DNA of 64,000 nucleotides, taken from the human T2T-CHM13v2.0 reference genome, Homo sapiens. A program made the position numbers and the translations under genes. The notes beneath the pieces are model-generated. The model saw only the letters and a program-made list of their open reading frames with translations, did not search any database and was not told the origin of the DNA. How positions within the stretch are numbered: position 1 is the first letter of the stretch; each line of letters begins with the position of its first letter. Below are positions 30,428-43,926 of the stretch, one piece after another. The stretch lies in assembly GCA_009914755.4 (NCBI GenBank), contig CP086569.2:29408001-29472000 (forward strand). Direction: 5' to 3'.

Positions 30428-33400
30428 GACTGCAATAGAAAGGATTCGAATGGAATGAAAAAGAATTGAATGGAATAGAACACAATGGAATCAAATCGAA
30501 TGAAATGGAATGGAATAGAAAGGAATGGAATGAAATGGAATGGAAAGGATTCGAATGGAATGCAATCGAATGGAATGGAATCGAACGGAATGGAATAAAA
30601 TGGAAGAAAACTGGCAAGAAATGGAATCGAAATGAATGCAGTGTTATGGAACGGACTCAAAAGGAATTGAATGTAATAGAATGGAGTGGAGTGGACTCGA
30701 ATATAATGGACTGGAAGGGAATGAAATCACATGGAATGGGAACGAATGGAATGGAATGGAAAGGAATGGAATCGAATGGAAAGGAATCGAATGGAAGGGA
30801 ATGAAATTGAATCAACAGGAATGGAAGGGAATAGAATAGACGGTAATGGAATGGACTCGAATAGAATGGACACGAATGCTCAAATTGAATGGACTCGAAT
30901 GGAATGGAAACGAAAGGAATGTCATCGAATGGAATTGAATCGATTGGAATGAAATCGCATAGAATGGAGTGGAATCAAATGGATTTGAATCGAAAGGAAA
31001 GGAAGCGAATGGACTGAAATGAAATGGAATGGAATTGAATGGAAAGTAATGCAATGGAATAGAATGGAACGAAATTTCACGGAATGGAATCAAACTGAAT
31101 GGAATCAAATCAATGGAATCAAATCAAATGGAATGGAAAGGAATTGAATGGAGTAGATTGGATTGGATGGGATTGGAATGAAATGTACTGGAAAGGACTC
31201 GAATTTCATGAAACGGAATGGAATGAATTGGAACGGAAGGGACTCGAATGGAATGGAATGTCATGGAATGGCATCAAATGGAATGACATCAAATGGAATG
31301 GAATCGAATACAATGGAATGTTATGGAATGGAATGGAATGCATTGGAATGGAATGTCCTCTAATGGAATGGATTCGAGTGGAATGGAATCGAATATAATG
31401 GAGTCGAATGAAATGGAATTGAAAGGAATGGGATCGAATAGAATGGAATATACTGGAATGTAATGTAATGAACTGGAATGTAATTGACTGGAATGGAATG
31501 TAGATGAATGGAATGTAATCGAATGGAAAGTAATCCAATGGAATAGAATCTAATGCAATAAAACCGACTCAGATAGAGTAGAATGTAATGGAATGGAGTG
31601 CAGTGCAATGGAATGGAATGGAATTGAATGGAATGGAATGGAATGGAATGGAATGGAATGGAATGGGATGGAATGGTATGGAATGGATAGTAATGGACTG
31701 GAGTGAAATGGACTGGAAAGGAATGGACTCAAATTGAAAGGGCTCGAAAGGAATGGAGTCAAATGGAATGGTCTGGAATGGAATGAACACGAATGTAATG
31801 CAATCCAATAGAATGGAATCGAATGGCATGGAATATAAAGAAATGGAATCGAAGAGAATGGAAACAAATGGAATGGAATTGAATGGAATGGAATTGAATG
31901 GAATGGGAACGAATGGAGTGAAATTGTATGCAGTAGAAGGGAATAGAATGGAATGCAAGCGAAAGGAAAGGAATGGATTGGAATGGAATGGAATTCATTG
32001 GAATGGAAGGGAATGTAGTGTAATGCACAGGCCTGGAATAAAGTGGAATGCTACGGTCTCGAATGGAATAAAAATGTATGGAATGGAATGCAATGAAACG
32101 GAATCGAATGTCATAGAATGTAATGGAATGCAACAAAATGGAATCCAAAATCATTGACTGGAAAGGCTGGGTGTCGAAAGGAATTGACTCCAATGGAATG
32201 GAATCGAATGGAATGGAAGTGAATAGAATCGAACTAAATCGAAAGGAATGGAATTGATAGGAACGGAATGGAAAGGAATGCAATGATTTGGCATGGGATG
32301 GAATCGAATGGCATCGAATGGAATGGAATGGAATGGAATGGAATGGAATGGAATGGAATGGAATGTATTAGAATGTAATGAACATTAATGGAATGTACTC
32401 TAATGGATTCGACTGTAATGGAATGTTCTGGAAGTGAATGGACTCCAATGGAATGGATTCGAAAGGAATGGAATCGAACGGAATGGATTCTAATGGAATG
32501 GAATGAAATGGAAATGAATCAAATTGAATAGCACGGAATTGAATTGAATGGAATCGAATGCAATGGAATCTAATGAAACGGAAAGGAAAGGAATGGAATG
32601 GAATGGAATGGGCTGGAATGGAATGGAATGGAAACGAATGGAATGGAATCGAACTGAAGAGACTGGAATGGAATGCACTGGAACGGAAGGGAGTGTAATG
32701 GAAGGTTCTCGAGAAAATGGAATCGAATGGAATGGAATTGAATAGAACGGAATAGAGTCGAATGGAATTCAATGGAATGGAATGGACTAGAATGAAATGG
32801 AATCGAACCACAAGGAATGGACAGGAATAGAATGGTCTCGAATTGAATGGAATCGTATGGAATGGCATCAAACGGAATGGAATGGACAGCCACGGAATGG
32901 AATGCACTCGAATGCAATGGAGTCGAAACTAATGGACTGGAATAGAATGGACTCGACTGGTACGGACTCCAATGTAATGGAATCGAATGGAAGGGAATCG
33001 AACGGAATGGACTCGAAGGGAAAAGACTGCAACGGAAAGGTCTCGAATGGAATGGAAATTAATGGAATGGAATGGAATCGAATGAAATGGAGTCAAAAGG
33101 AATGGAATCGAATGGCAAGAAATCGAATGTAATGGAATCGCAAGGAATTGTTGTGAACGGAACGGAATGGAATGGAATCCAAAGGAATGGAATAGAATGG
33201 AATGGAATCGAATGGAAAGGACTCGAATGGAAATCACTCGAATAGAATGCAATTTAATAAAATAGGATCAAATGTAATGGAATGGAATGGAAAGGAATCG
33301 AAACGAAAGGAATGGAGACAGATGGAATGGAATGGAACAGAGAGCAATGGTATAGAATGGAATGGAATCCTCTGGAATGGAATTGAATGGAATGGAATAA

Positions 33401-33990
33401 TATGAAATGGAATGGAATGGAATGGAATGCCCTTGAATTAAATGGACTGGAATGGAATGGACTCGAACAGAGTGGAATGGAAAGTGTTGAAATAGAATGG
33501 AATGGACTCCTTTGGAATGGTGTAGTATGCAATGCAATCGACAGGCAGGGAATCAAAAGGAATGTAATCGAATGGATTGGACTGGAATGCAATGGACTCA
33601 AATAGATTGGAAACGGAATGCAAAGGAATGGAATGGAATAGTATGGAATGGAATGGAAAGGAATGGAGTGGAATAGACTAGAGTGGAATGGAATGGACTA
33701 GAAAGCAATGGACTGGAATGGAACTTTCTTGAATGGACTGGAATCAAACGGAATGGAATGCAATGCAATCAAATGGCATGGAATAAAATAGAATGAAAGA
33801 GAATCAAATGGAATTGAATCGAATGGAATCGAATGGATTGGAAAGGAATAGAATGGAATGGAATGGAATTGACTCAAATGGAATGGACTAGAATGGAATG
33901 GATTCGAATGGAAGGCAAAGGAATGGAATCTATTGGAATGGACTGTAATGGAATGGAATGGAAGGGATTGGAATGGACTCGAATGGAATG
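30428..33990. repeat. HOR unit 10, full length (3563 bp)
   Basis: Contains the complete offset 600–1310 region. Near-identical to unit 12. Confidence 0.85.
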
Positions 33991-36825
33991 GACTGCAATA
34001 GAAAGGATTCGAATGGAATGAAAAAGAATTGAATGGAATAGAACAGAATGGAATCAAATCGAATGAAATGGAATGGAATAGAAAGGAATGGAATGAAATG
34101 GAATGGAAAGGATTCGAATGGAATGCTATCGAATGGAATGGAATCGAACGGAATGGAATAAAATGGAAGAAAACTGGCAAGAAATGGAATCGAAATGAAT
34201 GGAGTGTTATGGAACGGACTCAAAAGGAATTGAATGTAATAGAATGGAGTGGAGTGGACTCGAATATAATGGACTGGAATGGAATGAAATCACATGGAAT
34301 GGGAACGAATGGAATGGAATGGAAAGGAAAGGAATCGAATGGAAGGGAATGAAATTGAATCAACAGGAATGGAAGGGAATAGAATAGACGGTAATGGAAT
34401 GGACTCGAATAGAATGGACACGAATGCACAAATTGAATGGACTCGAATGGAATGGAAACGAAAGGAATGTCATCGAATGGAATTGAATCGATTGGAATGA
34501 AATCGCATAGAATGGAGTGGAGTCAAATGGAATTGAAACGAAAGCAAAGGAAGCGAATGGACTGAAATGAAATGGACTCAAATTGAAAGGGCTCGAAAGG
34601 AATGGAGTCAAATGGAATGGTCTGGAATGGAATGAACACGAATGTAATGCAATCCAATAGAATGGAATCGAATGGCATGGAATATAAAGAAATGGAATCG
34701 AAGAGAATGGAAACAAATGGAATGGAATTGAATGGAATGGAATTGAATGGAATGGGAACGAATGGAGTGAAATTGTATGCAGTAGAAGAGAATAGAATGG
34801 AATACAAGCGAAAGGAAAGGAATGGATTGGAATGGAATGGAATTCATTGGAATGGAAGGGAATGTAGTGTAATGGACAGGCCTGGAATAAAGTGGAATGC
34901 TACGGTCTCGAATGGAATAAAAATGTATGGAATGGAATGCAATGAAACGGAATCGAATGTCATAGAATGTAATGGAATGCAACAAAATGGAATCCAAAAT
35001 CATTGACTGGAAAGGCTGGGTGTCGAAAGGAATTGACTCCAATGGAATGGAATCGAATGGAATGGAAGTGAATAGAATCGAACTAAATCGAATGGAATGG
35101 AATTGATAGGAACGGAATGGAAAGGAATGCAATGATTTGGCATGGAATGGAATCGAATGGCATCGAATGGAATGGAATGGAATGCAATGGAATGGAATGT
35201 ATTAGAATGTAATGAACATTAATGGAATGTACTCGAATGGATTCGACTGGCATGGAATGTTCTGGAAGTGAATGGAATCCAATGGAATGGATTCAAAAGG
35301 AATGGAATCGTACGGAATGGAATCTAATGGAATGGAATTAAATGGAAATGAATCAAATTGAATAGCACGGAATTGAATTGAATGGAATCGAATGCAATGG
35401 AATCTAATGAAACGGAAAGGAAAGGAATGGAATGGAATGGAATGGGCTGGAATGGAAAGGAATCGAAACGAATGGAATGGAATCGAACTGAAGAGACTGG
35501 AATGGAATGCACTGGAATGGAAGGGAGTGTAATGGAAGGTTCTCGACAAAAATGGAATCGAATGGAATGGAATTGAATGGAACGGAATAGAGTCGAATGG
35601 AATTGAATGGAATGGAATGGACTAGAGTGAAATGGAATCGAACCACAAGGAATGGACAGGAATAGAATGGTCTCGAATTGAATGGAATCGTATGGAATGG
35701 CATCAAACGGAATGGAATGGACAGCCACGGAATGGAATGCACTCGAATGCAATGGAGTCGAAACTAATGGACTGGAATAGAATGGACTCGACTGGTAGGG
35801 ACTCCAATGGAATGGAATCGAATGGAAGGGAATCGAATGGAATGGACTCGAAGGGAAAAGACTGCAATGGAAAGGTATCGAATGGAATGGAAATTAATGG
35901 AATGGAATGGAATCGAATGAAATGGAGTCAAAAGGAATGGAATCGAATGGCAAGAAATCGAATGTAATGGAATCGCAAGGAATTGATGTGAACGGAACGG
36001 AATGGAATGGAATCCAAAGGAATGGAATAGAATGGAATGGAATCGAATGGAAAGGACTCGAATGGAAATCACTCGAATAGAAAGCAATTTAATAAAATAG
36101 GATCAAATGTAATGGAATGGAATGGAAAGGAATCGAAACGAAAGGAATGGAGACAGATGGAATGGAATGGAACAGAGAGCAATGGTATAGAATGGAATGG
36201 AATCATCTGGAATGGAATTGAATGGAATGGAATAATATGAAATGGAATGGAATGGAATGGAATGCCTTTGAATTAAATGGACTGGAATGGAATGGACTCG
36301 AACAGAGTGGAATGGAAAGTGATGAGATAGAATGGAATGGACTCGTTTGGAATGGTCTAGTATGCAATGCAATCGACTGGCAGGGAATCAAAAGGAATGT
36401 AATCGAATGGATTGTACTGGAATGCAATGGACTCGAATAGATTGGAAACGGAATGCAAAGGAATGGAATGGAATAGTATGGAATGGAATGGAAAGAAATG
36501 GAGTGGAATAGACTAGAGTGGAATGGAATGGACTCGAAAGCAATGGACTGGAATGGAACTTTCTTGAATGGACTGGAATCAAACGGAATGGAATGCAATG
36601 CAATCAAATGGCATGGAATAAAATAGAATGAAAGAGAATCAAATGGAATTGAATCGAATGGAATCGAATGGATTGGAAAGGAATAGAATGGAATGGAATG
36701 GAATTGACTCAAATGGAATGGACTAGAATGGAATGGATTCGAATGGAAGGCAAAGGAATGGAATCTATTGGAATGGACTGTAATGGAATGGAATGGAAGG
36801 GATTGGAATGGACTCGAATGGAATG
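33991..36825. repeat. HOR unit 11, short variant (2835 bp), near-identical copy of unit 9
   Basis: ORFs 34602.. and 35764.. are identical to 28204.. and 29366... The offset between the copies is 6398 bp. Confidence 0.85.
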
Positions 36826-39800
36826 GACTGCAATAGAAAGGATTCGAATGGAATGAAAAAGAATTGAATGGAATAGAACACAATGGAATCAAATCGAATG
36901 AAATGGAATGGAATAGAAAGGAATGGAATGAAATGGAATGGAAAGGATTCGAATGGAATGCATTCGAATGGAATGGAATCGAACGGAATGGAATAAAATG
37001 GAAGAAAACTGGCAAGAAATGGAATCGAAATGAATGCAGTGTTATGGAACGGACTCAAAAGGAATTGAATGTAATAGAATGGAGTGGAGTGGACTCGAAT
37101 ATAATGGACTGGAAGGGAATGAAATCACATGGAATGGGAACGAATGGAATGGAATGGAAAGGAATGGAATCGAATGGAAAGGAATCGAATGGAAGGGAAT
37201 GAAATTGAATCAACAGGAATGGAAGGGAATAGAATAGACGGTAATGGAATGGACTCGAATAGAATGGACACGAATGCTCAAATTGAATGGACTCGAATGG
37301 AATGGAAACGAAAGGAATGTCATCGAATGGAATTGAATCGATTGGAATGAAATCGCATAGAATGGAGTGGAATCAAATGGATTTGAATCGAAAGGAAAGG
37401 AAGCGAATGGACTGAAATGAAATGGAATGGAATTGAATGGAAAGTAATGCAATGGAATAGAATGGAACGAAATTTCACGGAATGGAATCAAACTGAATGG
37501 AATCAAATCAATGGAATCAAATCAAATGGAATGGAAAGGAATTGAATGGAGTAGATTGGATTGGATGGGATTGGAATGAAATGTACTGGAAAGGACTCGA
37601 ATTTCATGAAACGGAATGGAATGAATTGGAACGGAAGGGACTCGAATGGAATGGAATGTCATGGAATGGCATCAAATGGAATGACATCAAATGGAATGGA
37701 ATCGAATACAATGGAATGTTATGGAATGGAATGGAATGCATTGGAATGGAATGTCCTCTAATGGAATGGATTCGAGTGGAATGGAATCGAATATAATGGA
37801 GTCGAATGAAATGGAATTGAAAGGAATGGGATCGAATAGAATGGAATATACTGGAATGTAATGTAATGAACTGGAATGTAATTGACTGGAATGGAATGTA
37901 GATGAATGGAATGTAATCGAATGGAAAGTAATCCAATGGAATAGAATCTAATGCAATAAAACCGACTCAGATAGAGTAGAATGTAATGGAATGGAGTGCA
38001 GTGCAATGGAATGGAATGGAATTGAATGGAATGGAATGGAATGGAATGGAATGGAATGGAATGGGATGGAATGGTATGGAATGGATAGTAATGGACTGGA
38101 GTGAAATGGACTGGAAAGGAATGGACTCAAATTGAAAGGGCTCGAAAGGAATGGAGTCAAATGGAATGGTCTGGAATGGAATGAACACGAATGTAATGCA
38201 ATCCAATAGAATGGAATCGAATGGCATGGAATATAAAGAAATGGAATCGAAGAGAATGGAAACAAATGGAATGGAATTGAATGGAATGGAATTGAATGGA
38301 ATGGGAACGAATGGAGTGAAATTGTATGCAGTAGAAGGGAATAGAATGGAATGCAAGCGAAAGGAAAGGAATGGATTGGAATGGAATGGAATTCATTGGA
38401 ATGGAAGGGAATGTAGTGTAATGCACAGGCCTGGAATAAAGTGGAATGCTACGGTCTCGAATGGAATAAAAATGTATGGAATGGAATGCAATGAAACGGA
38501 ATCGAATGTCATAGAATGTAATGGAATGCAACAAAATGGAATCCAAAATCATTGACTGGAAAGGCTGGGTGTCGAAAGGAATTGACTCCAATGGAATGGA
38601 ATCGAATGGAATGGAAGTGAATAGAATCGAACTAAATCGAAAGGAATGGAATTGATAGGAACGGAATGGAAAGGAATGCAATGATTTGGCATGGGATGGA
38701 ATCGAATGGCATCGAATGGAATGGAATGGAATGGAATGGAATGGAATGGAATATAATGGAATGTATTAGAATGTAATGAACATTAATGGAATGTACTCTA
38801 ATGGATTCGACTGTAATGGAATGTTCTGGAAGTGAATGGACTCCAATGGAATGGATTCGAAAGGAATGGAATCGAACGGAATGGATTCTAATGGAATGGA
38901 ATGAAATGGAAATGAATCAAATTGAATAGCACGGAATTGAATTGAATGGAATCGAATGCAATGGAATCTAATGAAACGGAAAGGAAAGGAATGGAATGGA
39001 ATGGAATGGGCTGGAATGGAATGGAATGGAAACGAATGGAATGGAATCGAACTGAAGAGACTGGAATGGAATGCACTGGAACGGAAGGGAGTGTAATGGA
39101 AGGTTCTCGAGAAAATGGAATCGAATGGAATGGAATTGAATAGAACGGAATAGAGTCGAATGGAATTCAATGGAATGGAATGGACTAGAATGAAATGGAA
39201 TCGAACCACAAGGAATGGACAGGAATAGAATGGTCTCGAATTGAATGGAATCGTATGGAATGGCATCAAACGGAATGGAATGGACAGCCACGGAATGGAA
39301 TGCACTCGAATGCAATGGAGTCGAAACTAATGGACTGGAATAGAATGGACTCGACTGGTACGGACTCCAATGTAATGGAATCGAATGGAAGGGAATCGAA
39401 CGGAATGGACTCGAAGGGAAAAGACTGCAACGGAAAGGTCTCGAATGGAATGGAAATTAATGGAATGGAATGGAATCGAATGAAATGGAGTCAAAAGGAA
39501 TGGAATCGAATGGCAAGAAATCGAATGTAATGGAATCGCAAGGAATTGTTGTGAACGGAACGGAATGGAATGGAATCCAAAGGAATGGAATAGAATGGAA
39601 TGGAATCGAATGGAAAGGACTCGAATGGAAATCACTCGAATAGAATGCAATTTAATAAAATAGGATCAAATGTAATGGAATGGAATGGAAAGGAATCGAA
39701 ACGAAAGGAATGGAGACAGATGGAATGGAATGGAACAGAGAGCAATGGTATAGAATGGAATGGAATCCTCTGGAATGGAATTGAATGGAATGGAATAATA

Positions 39801-40388
39801 TGAAATGGAATGGAATGGAATGGAATGCCCTTGAATTAAATGGACTGGAATGGAATGGACTCGAACAGAGTGGAATGGAAAGTGTTGAAATAGAATGGAA
39901 TGGACTCCTTTGGAATGGTGTAGTATGCAATGCAATCGACAGGCAGGGAATCAAAAGGAATGTAATCGAATGGATTGGACTGGAATGCAATGGACTCAAA
40001 TAGATTGGAAACGGAATGCAAAGGAATGGAATGGAATAGTATGGAATGGAATGGAAAGGAATGGAGTGGAATAGACTAGAGTGGAATGGAATGGACTGGA
40101 AAGCAATGGACTGGAATGGAACTTTCTTGAATGGACTGGAATCAAACGGAATGGAATGCAATGCAATCAAATGGCATGGAATAAAATAGAATGAAAGAGA
40201 ATCAAATGGAATTGAATCGAATGGAATCGAATGGATTGGAAAGGAATAGAATGGAATGGAATGGAATTGACTCAAATGGAATGGACTAGAATGGAATGGA
40301 TTCGAATGGAAGGCAAAGGAATGGAATCTATTGGAATGGACTGTAATGGAATGGAATGGAAGGGATTGGAATGGACTCGAATGGAATG
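36826..40388. repeat. HOR unit 12, full length (3563 bp), near-identical copy of unit 10
   Basis: ORFs 38151.. and 38766.. are identical to 31753.. and 32368... Confidence 0.85.
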
Positions 40389-43300
40389 GACTGCAATAGA
40401 AAGGATTCGAATGGAATGAAAAAGAATTGAATGGAATAGAACAGAATGGAATCAAATCGAATGAAATGGAATGGAATAGAAAGGAATGGAATGAAATGGA
40501 ATGGAAAGGATTCGAATGGAATGCTATCGAATGGAATGCAATCGAACGGAATGGAATCGAACAGAATGGAATAAAATGGAAGAAAACTGGCAAGAAATGG
40601 AATCGAAATGAATGGAGTGTTATGGAACGGACTCCAAAGGAATTGAATGTAATAGAATGGAGTGGAGTGGACTCGAATATAATGGACTGGAATGGAATGA
40701 AATCACATGGAATGGGAACGAATGGAATGGAATGGAAAGGAATGGAATCGAATGGAAAGGAATCGAATGGAAGGGAATGAAATTGAATCAACGGAATGGA
40801 AGGGAGTAGAATAGACGGTAATTGAATGGACTCGAATAGAATGGACAGGAATGCTCAAATTGAATGGACTCGAATGGAAAGGAAACGAAAGGAATGTCAT
40901 CGAATGGAATTGATTCGATTGGAATGAAATGACATAAAAAGGAGTGGAATGACATGGAATTGAATCGAAAGGAAAGGAAGCGAATGAACTGAAATGAAAT
41001 GGAAAGGAATTGAATGGAAAGTAATGCAATGGAATAGAATGGAACGAAATTTCACGGAATGGAATCAAACTGAATGGAATCAAATCAATGGAATATAATC
41101 AAATGGAATGGAAAGGAATTGAATGGAGTAGATGGGATTGGATGGGATTGGAATGAAATGTACTGGAAAGGACTCGAATTTCATGAAACGGAATGGAATG
41201 AATTGGAACGGAATGGACTCGAATGGAATGGAATGTCATGGGATGGCAACAAATGGAATGGCATCAAATGGAATGGAATCGAATGCAATGGAATGCTATG
41301 GAATGGAATGGAATGCATTGGAATGGAATGTCCTCTAATGGAATGGATTCGAGTGGAATGGAATCGAATATAATGGAGTCGAATGAAATGGAATTGAAAG
41401 GAATGGGATCGAATACAATGGAATATACTGCAATGTAACGTAATGAACTCGAATGTAATCGACTGGAATGGAATATACATGAATCGAATGTAATCGAATG
41501 GAAAGTAATCCAATGGAATAGAATCTAATGCAATAAAATCGACTCAAATAGAATAGAATGTAATGGAATGGAGTGCAGTGCAATGGAATGGAATGGAATG
41601 GAATGCAATGGAATGGAATGGAATGGAATGGAATGGCATGGAATGGTATGGAATGGATAGTAATGGACTGGAGTGAAATGGACTGGAAAGGAATGGACTC
41701 AAATTGAAAGGGCTCGAAAGGAATGGAGTCAAATGGAATGGTCCGGAATGGAATGAACACGAATGTAATGCAATCCAATAGAATGGAATCGAATGGCATG
41801 GAATATAAAGAAATGGAATCGAAGAGAATGGAAACAAATGGAATGGAATTGAATGGAATGGAATTGAATGGAATGGGAACGAATGGAGTGAAATTGTATG
41901 CAGTAGAAGAGAATAGAATGGAATGCAAGCGAAAGGAAAGGAATGGATTGGAATGGAATGGAATTCATTGGAATGGAAGGGAATGTAGTGTAATGGACAG
42001 GCCTGGAATAAAGTGGAATGCTACGGTCTCGAATGGAATAAAAATGTATGGAATGGAATGCAATGAAACGGAATCGAATGTCATAGAATGTAATGGAATG
42101 CAAAAAAATGGACTCCAAAATCATTGACTGGAAAGGCTGGGTGTCGAAAGGAATTGACTCCAATGGAATGGAATCGAATGGAATGGAAGTGAATAGAATC
42201 GAACTAAATCGAATGGAATGGAATGGATAAGAACGGAATGGAAAGGAATGCAATGATTTGGCATGGAATGGAATCGAATGTCATGGAATGGAATGGAATG
42301 GAATGCAATGGAGTGGAATGTATTAGAATGTAATGAACTTTAATGGAATGTACTCGAATGGATTCGACTGGAATGGAATGTTCTGTAAGTAAATAGACTC
42401 CAATGGAATGGATTCGAAAGGAATGGAATCGAACGGAATGGAATCTAATGGAATGGAATTAAATGGAAATGAATCAAATTGAATAGCACGGAATTGAATT
42501 GAATGGAATCGAAAGCAATGGAATCTAATGTAACGGAAAGGAAAGGAATGGAATGGAATGGAATGGGCTGGAATGGAATGGAATCGAAACGAATGGAATG
42601 GAATCGAACTGAAGAGACTGGAATGGAATGCACTGGAATGGAAGGGAGTGTAATGGAAGGTTCTCGACAAAAATGGAATCGAATGGAGTGGAATTGAATG
42701 GAACGGAATAGAGTCGAATGGAATTGAATGGAATGGAATGGACTAGAGTGAAATGGAATCGAACCACAAGGAATGGACAGGAATAGAATGGTCTCGAATT
42801 GAATGGAATCGTATGGAATGGCATCAAACGGAATGGAATGGACAGCCACGGAATGGAATGCACTCGAATGCAATGGAGTCGAAACTAATGGACTGGAATA
42901 GAATGGACTCGACTGGTACGGACTCCAATGGAATGGAATCGAATGGAAGGGAATCGAACGGAATGGACTCGAAGGGAAAAGACTGCAATGGAAAGGTATC
43001 GAATGGAATGGAAATTAATGGAATGGAATGGAATCGAATGAAATGGAGTCAAAAGGAATGGAATCGAATGGCAAGAAATCGAATGTAATGGAATCGCAAG
43101 GAATTGATGTGAACAGAACGGAATGGAATGGAATCCAAAGGAATGGAATAGAATGGAATGGAATCGAATGGAAAGGACTCGAATGGAAATCACTCGAATA
43201 GAATGCAATTTAATAAAATAGGATCAAATGTAATGGAATGGAATGGAAAGGAATCGAAACGAAAGGAATGGAGACAGATGGAATGGAATGGAACAGAGAG

Positions 43301-43926
43301 CAATGCTATAGAATGGAATGGAATCATCTGGAATGGAATTGAATGGAATGGAATAATATGAAATGGAATGGAATGGAATGGAATGCCCTTGAATTAAATG
43401 GACTGGAATGGAATGGACTCGAACAGAGTGGAATGGAAAGTGTTGAAATAGAATGGAATGGACTCCTTTGGAATGGTCTAGTATGCAATGCAATCGACAG
43501 GCAGGGAATCAAAAGGAATGTAATGGAATGGATTGGACTGGAATGCAATGGACTCGAATAGATTGGAAACGGAAAGCAAATGAATGGAATGGAATAGTAT
43601 GGAATGGAATGGAAAGGAATGGAGTGGAATAGACTAGAGTGGAATGGACTCGAAAGCAATGGACTGGAATGGAACTTTCTTGAATGGACTGGAATCAAAC
43701 GGAATGGAATGCAATGCAATCAAATGGCATGGAATAAAATAGAATGAAAGAGAATCAAATGGAATTGAATCGAATGGAATCGAATGGATTGGAAAGGAAT
43801 AGAATGGAATGGAATGGAATTGACTCAAATGGAATGGACTCGAATGGAAGGCAAAGGAATGGAATCTATTGGAATGGACTGTAATGGAATGGAATGGAAG
43901 GGATTGGAATGGACTCGAATGGAATG
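40389..43926. repeat. HOR unit 13, full length (3538 bp), more divergent (substitution cluster at 40861–41000)
   Basis: Collinear landmarks, but it carries the local variant 'gaaatgacataaaaaggagtggaatgacatgg'. Confidence 0.8.
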
